Origin: Mobula hypostoma
Taxonomy: Eukaryota
DNA length: 64,000 bases
Assembly: GCF_963921235.1 (NCBI RefSeq)
Contig: NC_086097.1
Span: forward strand, 114,330,001 to 114,394,000
Reading direction: 5' to 3'
In this document: in pieces, positions 24,378 through 37,849 of the stretch
Layout: each line of letters opens with the position of its first letter
Numbering within the stretch: the stretch's first letter is position 1
Notes under the pieces: model-generated
Databases searched by the model: none
What the model was told of the DNA's origin: nothing
The model's input: only the letters and a program-made list of their open reading frames with translations
Made by a program: the position numbers and the translations under genes

Positions 24378-27300
24378 TGTTATGTACCCTGTAACTGGGT
24401 TGCCAAACCAGCAGAAATGGAACACTCGTTGGAGTCTGGATTACTAGGAACTAATAAAGTTTTATTAAAGAAACGAATAATACAGTACTCTAATCGTAAG
24501 GATATGAATGTGACAGGTTAGCAATGATAATACACACATATACACAGAACTAAGGTAATAGGAATCAACCAAGCTCTATCGCAGTCTAGGGGTAAAATGA
24601 TCAGTCTTAAGTGACGCAGAGTTCAGTTCAGTTTAGTGCAGTTCGCAGTAATCGCTGTTGTACCGTTGGAGGGCGGGGGGGGGATGCAATTTGGTTCAGG
24701 CAGACCTTTGATGTCTTCTATCCTGCTGTGGTCACCGACTGTGACCCCTCTGTTCCGGATACGGTCATTCTTCTGCGGTGAACCCGGCACCCAGGCAAGG
24801 GTGGATACACACATCAGGTTTCCATCGATCGTACCTTTACACCCTGTGAGCCTATGGTCGATTCCTGCGAGCCGGACCTCCAAACTCCCACCACTTGTGG
24901 GGACACACCGCTCTTTCCAGGGTCTCGTTGTCTCGTGGTGTGTTATGCCTTAGCCAACCTGCTCTTTTTATCCCTTGCTGGGGTATCACCTGTCCATCAA
25001 ACTTCAAACAGTTCAGGTTCAAAGCAACTGGTCTGTCAATATTCTGAATTGTGATTCTTTTCCGTTAATCCCTCTCTCCTCTCTTATTAGCATTTTGAAT
25101 GTTTCTCCATTTTCTCTCTTATCTCTCTCATTAGCATCAATCGTCCAATAGCTTGGTTTGGCGTCACACCCCTACCCTTCAAAGGATTTTTACCGGGGTA
25201 AAAATCATGGGCATGAATGTACATTATCAGATACACACTAATATACAGGGTCATCAGCTATTCGGCTAATACAAAGAACTTTCAGATTCAACACCTTGAC
25301 AAGCAATCACATTGTCCGTTCCTTTTATATGTTTCATTTTAATATCAAATTCCTGTAAGACCAGGCTCCAACTTATTAACCTTTTATTTTTATCCTTCAT
25401 AGTGGCCAAAAACACTAATGGGTTGTGATCAGAGTAAATTATCAGTGGTTTCTGTGCTGGACAAATATAAACCTCAAAATGTTATAATGCTAGTATGATG
25501 GCCAGTAATTCCTTCTCCACAGTGGAATACTTTTTGTGATGGATATTAAATTTCTTAGAAAAATAAGCCACTGGGTGGTCAACCCCCTCTTTGTCTGTCT
25601 GCAACAGCACCGCCCCGGCTGCTTCATCACTAGCATCTGTTGCGAGGGAGAAGGTTTTTGAAAAGTCAGGCGCACTCAGCGCAGGATGGTGACACAAAAT
25701 CGCCTTCAGACTCTCGAAGACCTGTTGACAAAGGTCGTCCCACACAAACTTCGCATTCTTCGGCAAGAGCTTAGTAAGAGGGAAGGTAATATCCACAAAG
25801 TTTTTGCAAAACTTCTGATAGTACCCCACCATTCCCAAGAACCTTCTCAGGGCTCCCTTGTCTGTCGGGGTGGGGACTTCAGAGATAGCCTGCACCTTAG
25901 CCTGCATCAGTGCCAGCTGCCCCCGTCCTACCACAAATCCCAGATAAGTGACCTTCGCGTGGCCGAATTCACTTTTTGCAAGGTTCACTGTCAGGTTGGC
26001 TTCAGACAGTGTTTAAACAGTTCCTCTACTACCACAATGTGCTCCTCCCACGTGTCACTCCAGGCCACTAAATCATCAATATACGCTTCTGCGTTCTTTA
26101 ACCCTTTTATCACTGAATTAATCATCCTCTGGAGGGTCCTTGGGGCGTTTTTCATGCCTAAAGGTAAAACATTATACTCGTATAAACCGGAGGGAGTGAC
26201 AAATGCTGAGATTTCTCTAGCCCAGTCGGTTAAAGGAACACACCAGTACCCTTTTAGCAAATCGATCTTTGTGATGTACTTAGCTCTCCCCACTTTATCG
26301 ATGCAATCGTCTACCCTTGGGATGGGGTAAGCATCAGTTTTTGTGATGGCGTTCACTTTTCTGTAATCTGTACAGAATCGTATGCTCCCATCAACTTTTG
26401 GGACAACCACACGGGGACACCCATTCCGATTTGAATGGCCTAATAATATCTATGGCTAGCATGTGTTCAATTTCTTTCTCCACTAGCTTGCCCTTCTCCA
26501 AGTTCATCCTATAGGGGTGTTGTTTAATAGGCTGGTCTGAGGTGACAACAACATCATGCACTGTCCCTTTGCATCGCCTCAGGACATCCAGACATATGTC
26601 TGCGGGCTGGTTAATTAGCTTTATCAGTGGCTCGCTCTGTTTGGGGGTTAGGTGAGAGACCTTATCAGCAAAATTAGCCAAAACAATAGAGTTCTCCAAT
26701 CTGGTCGGCACCATATTTATCTTTTCAAGATGGGTTTTCCCCTTATCATTTGACACCCCAGTCTCATTAATTTTCGTGATAACACCAACTAGATCTGCTT
26801 TCTGATCGTGGTAAGCTTTTAACATGTTAATGTGTACCAACTGTATGGGTTTACGCCTGTCCGGCGTTTCGAGAACATAATTCAAAGGGTCTATCTTTTT
26901 AATTACCTTGTACGGACCGTGGAATCTCGCCTGGAGGGGGTTGGTTACCACTGGGAACAGAACTAAGACCCGATCGCCCACTTGAAACACTTGTTCGTGG
27001 GCACGCCTATCATACCATTGTTTCATTTTAGTTTGGGAGTGTCGTGGATTTTCTTTGGCAAGGTCACAGATCCTTTTAAGCCTCTCACGAAATTTTAAAA
27101 CATAATCAATCACATTGACTTGGACTGCCGGACTGGACCATTGCTCTTTCAGTAAGCTCAGGGGGCCTCTGGGCCGATGACTGAAGATGAGCTCGAATGG
27201 GCTGAACCCCAATGACTCCTGAACCGTGTCCCTTACGGCAAATAGCAGAAGAAGCAAGGTATCATCCCAGCCCCTAGCGTTCTCTTGACAGTGAATTTTA

Positions 27301-30300
27301 ATCATGGTCTTTAATGTTGCGTGAAATCCTTCCAACGCCCCTTGGGACTCTGGGTGGTACGCGGAGGCCAAAATCTGCTTTGCTCCCATCTCATCCAACA
27401 TCCGTCGGAATGTGTGAGATGTGAAGACACTCCCCTGATCTGACTGGATTTCCCTGGGCAGCCCCACCATAGTGAAAAATTTCACAAGCGCCTTTACCAC
27501 TGCAGGAGCCTTGGCGCTTGCTAGGGGCACAGCCTCCGGAAACCTGGTGGCGGCGCACATCATAGTCATCACATACTTTCGCCCACTCGCAGTTCTGGGC
27601 AGGTGACCAACAAAATCCACGATTATTCGGGAGAAAGGTTCCCCGAAAGCGGGTATCGGTTGAAGGGGCGCTTTAGGCAGGACCTGATTTGGCTTTCCTA
27701 CCACCTGGCATAAATGACATTGCCTACAATATTCAACAATATCCTTCCTCATGTTCGGCCGGTAAAACTCTTTCATAATTCTATCGACTGTCTTCCTCAC
27801 CCCAAAATGTCCACCGAGGGGTACCTTGTGGGCCAGGTTAAAGATCTCGTCCCTATAAATTTTCAGCACTATCACCTGGTGTACCACCCCCCACTCCTCA
27901 TCTGTGGGCACTGTACTTGGTCTCTATTTCCTCATTAGTACTCCCTCCTTCACATAATAGCCCACCGGCTCCCTTTTTAATTCTGCTTCAGAGAGCGCTG
28001 TCTCCGTCAAAACCATCAGCTGCTCGTCTCGCTCCTGTGCCTGTATAAATTCCTTCCTTGCCAATGATAAGTCTACCTCAACTCCCTCACTTCCTTCCGC
28101 TCCACTATGCTCCTTCTTCTCACTTTCTAACCCGTCCTGGTACAAGGCTGGTAAAAACATCTCAGCTAAATCTATATTCACATCGGCAGCCTTTCTGGAC
28201 CTGCGCCGAGTCACTGCGCAAACGGGATAAACCTGTGAGTCTATGGGCGGGTCTTCAATCCTGGCAGGTTTGCTTGTCAATCTTTCTACTAGGTACACCT
28301 CTCCGCCAGTGAGGTCATTACCGAGTAAGACCTCCACGTCCATCGATAGTTCGGGCCTCACCCCTATCGTGACCGGTCCGGAGACCAAGTTGCTTTTTAG
28401 GTGTATCTGGTGCAAAGGTACTGCTTCAGTCCCTTTCCCAATGCCTTTTATCACCCTGACCTCCCCAGTCTCGGTCTCAGAACTAAAGTCTAAAACACTC
28501 CTTAAGATCAGTGACTGACAAGCTCCAGTGTCTCTCCAGATCCGTACTGGAACTGGGTTTGACCCCTCCTTCACCGACACCAATCCGGCCAAAATAAACT
28601 TCTTGCGCCCTTTCTGAACTCTATCAGACCGCTTCTCCCCTAGCAGTTTGTTTGCCGGCTCAATACAGCCAGTCAGAGTCGTCGTTTTTCCTTTCCCCGT
28701 CTCCTTCTTTGGGGCAAAGCACCTAGGTGCAAAGTGACCGGCTTTCCCACAATTATAGCATACGACCCCAGGAGACTTCCTACCAAACTGCTTCTTGTCT
28801 TCCTTATCCTTCTCACTAGTCCCTGGCTTACTTTCTGGCTTTTCCAGCGGACTCTCTCCGCCCTCTCGACTACCCTTCTGGTAGCTTTTACTCGGGGTAA
28901 ACTTCGTTTTGTGTGTTAATGCGTACTCATCCGCTAACTTAGCAGTTGCGGCTAAGGTTTATGCCTCTTTCTCATCTAGATAGGGCCTCATACCTTCAGG
29001 GACACAACCTTTAAATTGCTCAATCAGTATTAGCTGTAGCAGTCTTTCATAATCCCCACTGACCCCTTTCGAGGCGCATCAACGCTCACAATACATCTGC
29101 ATCTCACTGGCAAACTCTAAATACATGCGGCCCCACCGCTTCCTCACATTCTGGAACCTCTGCCGGTATGCCTCCGGGACCAACTCATAAATCCTGAGTA
29201 TAGCCTCTTTCACCACATCATACCTCTAGGCATCTTCTGCGGACAATGCCGAGTAAGCTTGCTGAGCCTTCCCTTTAAGTACGCTCTGAAGCAAAACAGC
29301 CCACTTATTCCTCGGCCAGTCCTGACTTACAGCAACTTTTTCAAAATGTAGAAAGTACCGATCAACATCGGCCTCCTCAAATGGGGGAACCAGCCTAACC
29401 TCCTGGGTCGCCCTGAACCCTCCACCTTGGTTCGGCATGGGGCCCTGCACTAGCGTCATCCTTAACTTCTCCAGCTCAAATTCCCTTTCCTTCTGTTTCT
29501 CTCTCTCTTGCTGTTCTAACTGTCTGTCTCTCCCTTCTCGTTCCAGCTGCTTTATCTGGAACTCATGCTCGAGTCTCAATTTTTCCATCTGCAGCTGTAC
29601 TGCTTCTCCACCAGGTTTGCTCATAGATACCACCTCCAGCAGCCTTTGGGGAAACACACCTTTAGATACATAATGCTCAATGATAGCTCTGTTCATCTCC
29701 GCTCTCCTCATTGTCTGCTTCCCCTTAAAAAGATTCAACCGTTTGGCAACAGTCGCCAATTCTGATTTCCTGGCATCCTCTAATGCCTCCAAGGTTGGCA
29801 CCTTTAGAAATTCCTCTGTCTCCATTTCTGCTGTTTGCCCTTTCTTTCTTTCGGGAATTATAACCCAATCAATTTACCCAGTCCCAAATTTGGTGTTCAA
29901 AGTCCCGGAGAGCCTCCACTTATGTTACGTACCCCGTAACTGGGTTGCCAAACCAGCAGAAATGGAACACTCATTGGAGTCTGGAATACTAGGAACTAAT
30001 AAAGTTTTATTAAAGAAACAAATAATACAATACTCTGATCGTAAGGATATGAATGTGACAGGTTAGCAATGATAATACACACATATACACAGAACTAGGG
30101 TAATAGGAATCAACCAATCTCTATCACAGTCTAGGGGTAAAATGATCAGTCTTAAGTGACGCAGAGTTCAGTTCAGTTTAGTGCAGTTCGCAGTAATCGC
30201 TGTTGTACCGTTGGAGGGGGGATGCAATTTGTTTCAGGCAGACCTTTGATGTCTTCTATCCCACTGTGGTCATCGACTGTGACCCCTCCGTTCCGGATAC

Positions 30301-30589
30301 GATCATTCTTCCGCGGCGAACCTGGCACCCAGGCAAGGGCGGACACACACACCAGGTTCCCACCGATCATACCTTCACACCCTCTAAGCCTATGGTTGGT
30401 TCCCGCGAACTGGACCTCCAAACTCTCACCAACTTGTGGGGGCACACTACTCTTTCCGGGGTCTCGTTATCTCGTGGTCTAGTGGTGTCCCGTGCCTTAG
30501 CGAACCTGTTCTTTTTATCCCCCTGCTGGGGTATTACCTGTCCATCAAACTTTAAACAGTTCAGGTTCAAAGCAACTGGTCTGTCAATA
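24378..30589 (-). mobile_element. Gmr1-like Ty3/gypsy LTR retrotransposon (gag-PR-INT-RT-RH), mutated; outer part of 5' LTR lost
   Basis: 3' LTR 24378-25168 (TGT...ACA) next to PPT GAAGGGTAGGGG. 5' LTR 29923-~30589. PBS TGGAGGCTCTCCGGGA (tRNA-Pro-like) at ~29903-29918. Gag with CYNCGKAGHFAPRC, protease RDTGA, integrase HHCC+DDE (26391-27911), RT YIDD (25991-26410), RNase H TDASD (25482-25988). Confidence 0.96.
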
Positions 30590-30702
30590 AACAGGAATTC
30601 TGCAGATGCTGGAAATTCAAGCAACACACATAAAAGTTGCTGGTGAACGCAGCAGGCCAGGCAGCATCTCTAGGAAGAGGTACAGTCGACGTTTCAGGCT
30701 GA
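30588..30702 (-). mobile_element. Penelope-derived mini-element, truncated
   Basis: Near-identical to the 23697 left arm (AAACAGGAATTCTGCAGATGCTGG...GTCGACGTTTCAGGC). Confidence 0.85.
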
Positions 30703-31124
30703 GGAGAGGATGAAATCCGAAGGTGTGATGTTTGTATGTAGCTTCAAAAGGAAGCATTGTCTAAGCATTGTCTATAACTTTTTAAGTAGCGATTGCCTTT
30801 CTGTTTAGCATGTAAACATTGAGCCCACATTGAGCTAGCAGACCTTTCTGCGGAAAGCATCTCCATCTGTAAGATACCTGCTGTACCTTGTTGTGTTGAA
30901 TAAAGAAACTGCTTTGTATCTACCAATGATTCTGTCCCTCCAGCTCTCACTGGGGTGCATAATTTGGAAACTGGAAAAATAATGGCATATAATATATAAT
31001 TAGAACAATATCCTACACACTAGATGTGATTAATGTATGGAATTATTTTAACAATTTTATATGGGGTTTTCTAAGGAGTAGGAAATATGAAATAGCAGTA
31101 TACCCTTAAATGAGATGAACAGTG

Positions 31125-31445
31125 AAATTATTTGTGTTAACAAAACAACCCAAGCATGATAAACCTAACCTAGATACCAGCAAAACCAGCAAAAGCATAA
31201 CCTGCCATTGTGCGATACGTACAGTTGACCACCTGAGTGAAATCATGATAGCACACGGGCATGGGAGTCCACTGGAGCACATGAAGTTACATAAAACTAA
31301 ATGTGCATGCTTAATCAAAAACATCATTTCGCCTGCACTGAAAACTGATCTCACTGATGACTTTCAGAACAAGAAATATGCCACCATTATAAATGAATCT
31401 ACTGACATTTCAACACAAAAACACTTGTGTATTTTAGTTTGATTT
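31125..31445 (+). mobile_element. hAT-family transposase fragment
   Basis: HCAIRTVDHL...MKLHKTKCACLIKNIISP...YATIINESTDISTQKHLCILV (DESTD-type motif). Confidence 0.7.
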
Positions 31446-33034
31446 TTAAAAAGAGACTACGGGAGTCGGTGACTTGTGGAAAAGACTAAAGACGAGGTTC
31501 AGGGTCATGAATAACTCCATCTCGAAGCGGCGAGGAAGACTGAAGCATCCAGGTGAATGCGGGGGGAAGGTGGTCAGCGTTGGCTCTCAGCAGAGACGGT
31601 CAGCAGCCAGGACATCGGCATTCAGACCTGGATCGCTGGTGTTAGGATTCAGGTCGGCATTCATTCTTTACGGAAGGACTGAGTACATGTGGTTGCTCTC
31701 CTCCTATGCAGACAAAAAAACATTTCCCATATTCTGAGATTTATGTCATTATTGGACTGTACTTAACATTGGGTTTCCTTCACTTCTTTCTTATGAGCTA
31801 TTGATGAGTGGGTGATCTGTTAATTTTTGTGTGTGGGGGTTTAGTGCTACTGTCACTGTTCTGCGAGTGAGAGGGTCGGGGGCTCTTATGTGTAGGGGAT
31901 TATTATTGTGGTTGTTTTTTTTTTAACTGCAGGGAGAGGGGATTTTGGGGTCTGTGTGTCTTGTTTCTTTTCTTTGTGCCCAGGGGTGGGGGGAAGTTGA
32001 TGTTTTTCATCAACACCCATGGCCTTTCTGTATTTAATGGCAATCTGGTGTGGACAATATCAGTTATTTTGTACATGTATACTTTGACAATAAAATGAAC
32101 CTTTGGACTCTGATGTACTGGGATCCAATTTTATTGCTTTATTTCATGGGAAAATGAGGCCACTCGGTCCTTCGTTCTGCCATGAATCACTACCATGGCT
32201 CCTATGAGGAAAAAGGATTGTTGGGTTGTGAGGTAATGTTAAATAGAATATAGAGAATCTCCTATGTGCATGTGAACAACTATAGAGATTTTATCCCCCA
32301 CAGTCAACCGAAAATGCATATGGCAGTCATATTATGTGACTAGTAATCCAAAAAGCACATTCATTTTTCTTTTTAGCAATGGAATTTAAATTCAGTTATT
32401 AATCTGAAGTTGGGGGGGAAAGGAACTTAATTCTAATAATGATGAGCACAAAACTAGTGATATGTTCTTTAAAAATGCAATTCATTAATTTTCTTGGACT
32501 AAGAGATATGAAATCCTTACTCAGACTGGCTTGTATGTAGTTCCAGACAGACACAGCCCATCCCCTGGTATTAACTCTTAAATATCCTCTGAATCGGAGT
32601 AACAAACTGCTGTTGAGGGACTTTGTCAGTGAGAGTCAGTTTCGCCCACCCCCTACGAACCCCAGAAAGAGGGAAGTAAAAGCAAGTCTGCTAGAGAGCA
32701 GTATTGCATTTGTGGAGAGGAAACACGGATTATTTGATTAAAATAGAGTTTAGAGTGTGCATCCAAAACGTCAGGTTCAGAGGTAGGTATGCTAACATTG
32801 CAGTAAGACTCGCATATTTTTCTTTATTTAAATATTCAAAATTTTCCCCCATTTATTGCATCTGATTTTTTTTTTCACTTTTTTATTCTGTTATTGTTCC
32901 TTTATAATTAAACAGTAGGAGAGGCAGTCAACTGATTGGCAAATGAGATAGACTTTTAGGGAGTGAAATTCCATGCAACATAGAAGCTGAATTACTGTAT
33001 GCTGTTTGGGCCTTGTGGCTGCAGTGCCAATTCA

Positions 33035-33440
33035 TTTACTTTCAAACCCAGTCTCCGGCTTTCTTCCTGTAACCTTTGACCTTGCTAATTAAGTACCTAT
33101 CAATCGCCACTTTAAATATACTCAATGACTTAGCCTCCACAGACCCACTCCCTCTGGCTGAAGAAATACCTCCATCTCTGTTCTAAGGGACGTCCTTTTA
33201 TTCTGAGGCTGTGCCCTCTGGTCCTAGACCCTCCCTCTATTAGAAACATCCTCTGCATATCCATCTAGGTCTTTCAATATTTGATAGGTTTCAATGAGAT
33301 TCCCTCTTCAATTTTCTAAACGTCAGTGAAAACAGACCTAGAGCCATGAAAAACTCCTTTTGCATTAATCCATTCACTCACAGGATGATCCTTGTGACAC
33401 TCTTCTGAACCCTCTCCAATGCCAGAACATCCTTTTGTAG
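33035..33440 (-). mobile_element. CR1 3' fragment
   Basis: Reverse complement of the CR1 C-terminal/3'UTR sequence (TCTAGGACCAGAGGGCACAGCCTCAGAATA). Confidence 0.75.
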
Positions 33441-35126
33441 TCTGAATGGCAGCGATGCTTCACTACCTAATGAACTCAATGCTTTCTACGCACACTTTGA
33501 AAGGGAGAACACACTACAACCGTGACGATCCCTGCTGCACCTGATGACCCTGTGATCTCTGTCTCAGAAGCCGATGTTAGACTGTCTTTAAAGAGAGTGA
33601 ACCCTCGCAAGGCAGAAGGTCCTGATGGAGTACCTGGTAAGGCTCTGAAAACCTGTGCCAACAAACTAACAGGAGTATTCAAGGACATTTTCAACCTCTC
33701 ACTGCTACGGGCAGAAGTTCCCACTTGCTTCAAAAAGGCAACAATTATACCAGTGCACTCACATTGACAGTGATGAAATACTTTGACAGGTTGGTCATGA
33801 CTAGACTGAACTCCTGCCTCAGCAAGGACCTGGACCCATTGCAATTTGCCTATCGCCACAATAGGTCAATGGCAGACGCAAATCTCAATGGCTTTTCACT
33901 CGGCTTTAGGCCACCTGGGCAAGACAAACACCTATGTTAGGATGCTGTTCATCGACTATAGCTCAGCATTTAATACCATCATTCCCACAATTCTGATTGA
34001 GAAGTTGAAGAACCTGGGCCTCTGTACCTCCCTCTGCAATTGGATCCTTGTCTTCATAACCGGAAGACCACAGTCTGTGTGGATTGATGATAACATATCC
34101 TCCTCGCTGACGATCACACTGGCACACCTCAGGGGTGTGTGCTTAGCCCACTGCTCTACTCTCTATATACACATGACTGTGTGGCTAGGCATAGCTCAAA
34201 TACCATCTATAAATTTGCTGACAATATAACCATTGTTGGTAGAATCTCAGGTGGTGACGAGAGGGGGTACAGGAGTGAGATATGCCAACTAGTGGAATGG
34301 TGCCACAGCAACAACCTGGCACTCAATGTCAGTAAGATGAAAGAACTGATTGTGGACTTCAGAAAGGGTAAGACGAAGGAACACATACCAATCCTCATAG
34401 AGGGATCAGAAGTGGAGAGAGTGAGCAGCTTCAATTTCCTGGGTGTCAAGATCTCTGAGGATCTAACCTGGTCCCAACATAACAATGTTGTCATAAAGAA
34501 GCAAGACAGTGGCTATACTTTATTAGGAGTTTAAAGAGATTTGGCATGTCAAGAAATACACTCAAAAACTTCTATAGTTGTACCATGGAGAGCATTCTGA
34601 CAGGCTGCATCACTGTCTGGTATGGAGGGGCTACTGCACAGGATTGAAAGAAGCTGCAGAAGGTTGTAAATCTAGTCAGCTCTATCTTGGGTACTAGCCT
34701 ACAAAGTACCCAGGACATCTTTAGGGAGCGGTGTCTCAGAAAGGCAGTGTCCACTATTAAGGACCCCCAGCACCCAGGGCATGCCCTTTTCTCACTGTTA
34801 CCATCAGGTAGGAGATACAGAAGCCTGAAGGCACACACTCAGTGATTCAGGAACAGCTTCTTCCCCTCTGCCATCCGATTCCTAAATGGATATTGAAGCT
34901 TTAGACACTACCTCATTTTTTTAATATGCAGTATTTCTGTTTTTGCACATTTAAAAAATCTATTTGTTATACATAACTGATTTATTTATTTATTTATTAT
35001 GTTTTATTTTATTTATTATTATGATTTTTTCTCTCTCTCTGCTAGATTATGTATTGCGTTGAACTGCTGCTGCTAAGTTAACAAATTTCACGTCACATGC
35101 CAGTGATATTAAACCTGATTCTGATA
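33440..35126 (+). mobile_element. Rex1/Babar-like LINE, 5'-truncated
   Basis: [40 protein letters not shown] and ELIVDFRK motifs. Tail TAAACCTGATTCTGAT. Confidence 0.9.
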
Positions 35127-35349
35127 TGGAAACTAAAACTGCCAGCAATACTCCAAACATAATATAACTAAAACTTTTGGCTTTTGCAGCAGATGGGACA
35201 TAGTTGTTTAACAAAGCGATTTTCCCCCAAACCCCAAATCTGCATCACCAGATACGATAAATAGGAGATTGCACCATATATGATAAATAAGAGATTGCAC
35301 CAGATACGATAAATGACACTAATGGATTCTAATGTGATGCATTGTCTGT

Positions 35350-35748
35350 CTTGAAAGATTGAGCGATTGCTTTGTCAAACACCTTCACTTTGTTTGGTGC
35401 AAATCAAGAATCTCCCAGTACCCAACTATATTAATTCCACTTCCCATCACCACACTGTTATGTCTGTCTACAGCCTCCTCTACTGCCACACTGAGGCCAG
35501 ACCCTGGTATGAGAAGCAACATATCATAGTTCCTTTTGGTTCCAACCTGATGCCTTCTCTAACTTCCAGTAACCACTTTCCTATATATTTACCCCTACCC
35601 TCTCTTTTCCATTATCCCTGTGACCTCATTACCTTTATCTTTCCCTTCCCCGCTCTCCGAAATTGCCCATCAACGTCACCCTCCACTCCTATCATAACCT
35701 GTCTTCTTCAATCTTTTGCATTCCCCCACTTATCACCTCCCAACTTTT
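35350..35748 (+). mobile_element. Degenerate Penelope 3' fragment
   Basis: Decayed RL.D.FV.HL...FNSTSHHH...SV.SLL.CH motif, homologous to the GIY-YIG C-terminus of 13334-15696, followed by a pyrimidine-rich tract. Confidence 0.6.
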
Positions 35749-35749
35749 C

Positions 35750-36300
35750 ATACGAGTGGATTCTGGTTAATTGGGCCATCAATTAATTGGGGCAGCCGCT
35801 TATCTGGGACACCTCTTAAAAAACAAAAGGTAATCAAGAAATTAACAAGGATTCCCGTTGTTTTGTTCTTGGGACTCTATGTTGCTTGATTGGGACAGGA
35901 GGCAATTGTCAAACGGTTTCAAAGTTGAGTCAGTCGCATGCACTTTTGTTGCTGTTGGACACTACACCGTGCTTAAAATGAACAGTTTTTTAAAAAAATA
36001 ACGTCAGTTGCCTGTGCTTGTGTTATGTAATCCACTTGAAGTGAGTGCAAGTTTGTCACTGATGGTTGGCAAGAAATAAGCAGTAAGACAAATCAGAGTT
36101 GTCTTGCTTACTGCGGTTTCAAGCATTCAGTTGACCAAAACAGCTGGGAATGGAAATGAAGCGATTTCACTACTTCAACAAATTAGAAATTACGAAAAAT
36201 TTGAAGGTATCCGCAATAATCTTGAATATTACAATGAACATAAAGATTTGTCAAAAGCATTGTATCAAAATACCAAGGTGGGAAATATGAAGATGACACA
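35750..36300. mobile_element. Probable Tc1/mariner-pogo (Tigger-like) relic
   Basis: Starts TA-CGAGTGGATTCTGGTTAATTGGGCC with repeated TAATTGGG motifs. No matching right end identified. Confidence 0.4.
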
Positions 36301-36875
36301 CCTGAACTTCAGAATCAAGTTTAATACAACTGGCAGATGCCATGAAATTTGTTTTGAGGCAGCTGTACATTGCAATACATAATTTAAAAGCTATATCTTA
36401 TATTAAGAAATATATCTAATATAACTAAAAAAGTAGCGCAAAAAGAGCAAAAATCAAGAAAAAAATAATGAGGTAGTGTACATGGGTTCGTTATTCATTT
36501 TGAGATCGGACTCAGAGGTGAAGTAGCTGTTCCTGAAATGTTGAGTGGACTTGTAATAATCACCACATTCTAAAATAAACCCATCATCCTGCAGGGGCTT
36601 AGGCTATTGCCAGCAGCTTATCAGAGTCCTCTGTTCATGTTAAGATCCTTCCTCACCCAGGGATGAGGTCTTTGGAGCTCCTGTTGCTGTTTTTAGGAAT
36701 GGGGTTGCTAGCCCCTTGCCCCACCCTCCTCTTTTACAGCCAGGCTGAATGCCGTCCACCACTGAGCTGCATTCTAAACCAAGCTATTGCTTAAATAGCA
36801 CTCTAAGCAACCAAATCTAAAGAATGAACATAAAGATTAGCTTTATTTGTCACATGTACATGAAAACACAGACTG

Positions 36876-37671
36876 TGTAATGCTCTGGTTAAGATTTCTA
36901 CTGCTATGCTGTGAGGTATTTTTATTTTGGCAGTTTTTTTGTAAAAGCAGTGTGTCCTGCTTGTAAAAGTGGTTTGGCTTCAGATAAAAATAAGAAGCCG
37001 TGTTGCCCAACTTAGGAATGTTGTGTCAGCCAATCAGGACTGTCTGGGTACGTGTTGGAACTTCCTGCCCAGTGGTATGCAAGGGAAGATTCTAGAGAGC
37101 TGGGCGGGATGAGATTTCTGAAGGACAGCTTGGAGTCTTTTGGCGGGAGGTACGGAGAGATGAGCACCAGTGAAGATGGTTGGAGGATCCCATCCGAAGG
37201 GGAGATCCTAATGCAAGAGTACTTTGCAAGATGAAGGATGCCAAGAAGGGAAGTTCCACCTGTGCTTGTTGATGGGAATTCAGTGCCATGAGTAAAGCGT
37301 TACACCCAGCTACTACAGAAACGAGCTCCAACGTTTATGTGTAGATTTGGATTGGTTTAACTGCAATGGGGTTTTTCTTTCTTCTCCTTTCTTTTCATAT
37401 TACATAATTGGAAATTGAAGTCGAAAATTGGTAAATATACTTTCTTTGCAATTTTATACTAGTGTACGATCTGTTATTTCTTGATGACTGATAATTGTGT
37501 ATGGGCAGTATTTACACAGCATTCACTACAATTGACGTTCCCTAACTGGAACATCCTAGTTTGGTTGAACCCCAGATCATACTGACCCTAAGTGTATTTT
37601 GCTTATGAAAGGTGGCCTTCTCACAGCAGAGTCACGTGGCTGTTAACAGAGTTAGCGGTGAGAGGGTTGCA
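36876..37671 (+). mobile_element. Solo LTR
   Basis: TGTAATG...GTTGCA termini with 4-bp TSD ACTG (36872-36875 / 37672-37675). CCAAT box at ~37030. 5' part is homologous to the reverse complement of 41757-42397. Confidence 0.82.
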
Positions 37672-37849
37672 ACTGCAATGTGTCATTTGGGGTCAATGGC
37701 CAACACAGTTTGAGGATTGTGCTGGGGGCAGTCAGTGAGTGTTATCATGCTTCCATGCCCCTAACCATGTCTTTGGAAAGTGGGAAAGTGGAAGAAGAAC
37801 AGAGGAAACTTGAGCAATAATGGGGAGAATGTAAAACTCCTCACAGTCA

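Noticed and set aside
25686..26330. 214-aa + strand ORF
   Set aside because: Antisense to the gypsy RT/RNase H, with no recognisable domain.
19040..30702. Repeated palindromic units as a CRISPR-like array
   Set aside because: Dispersed eukaryotic retroelement copies with TSDs, no regular spacers and no cas genes.
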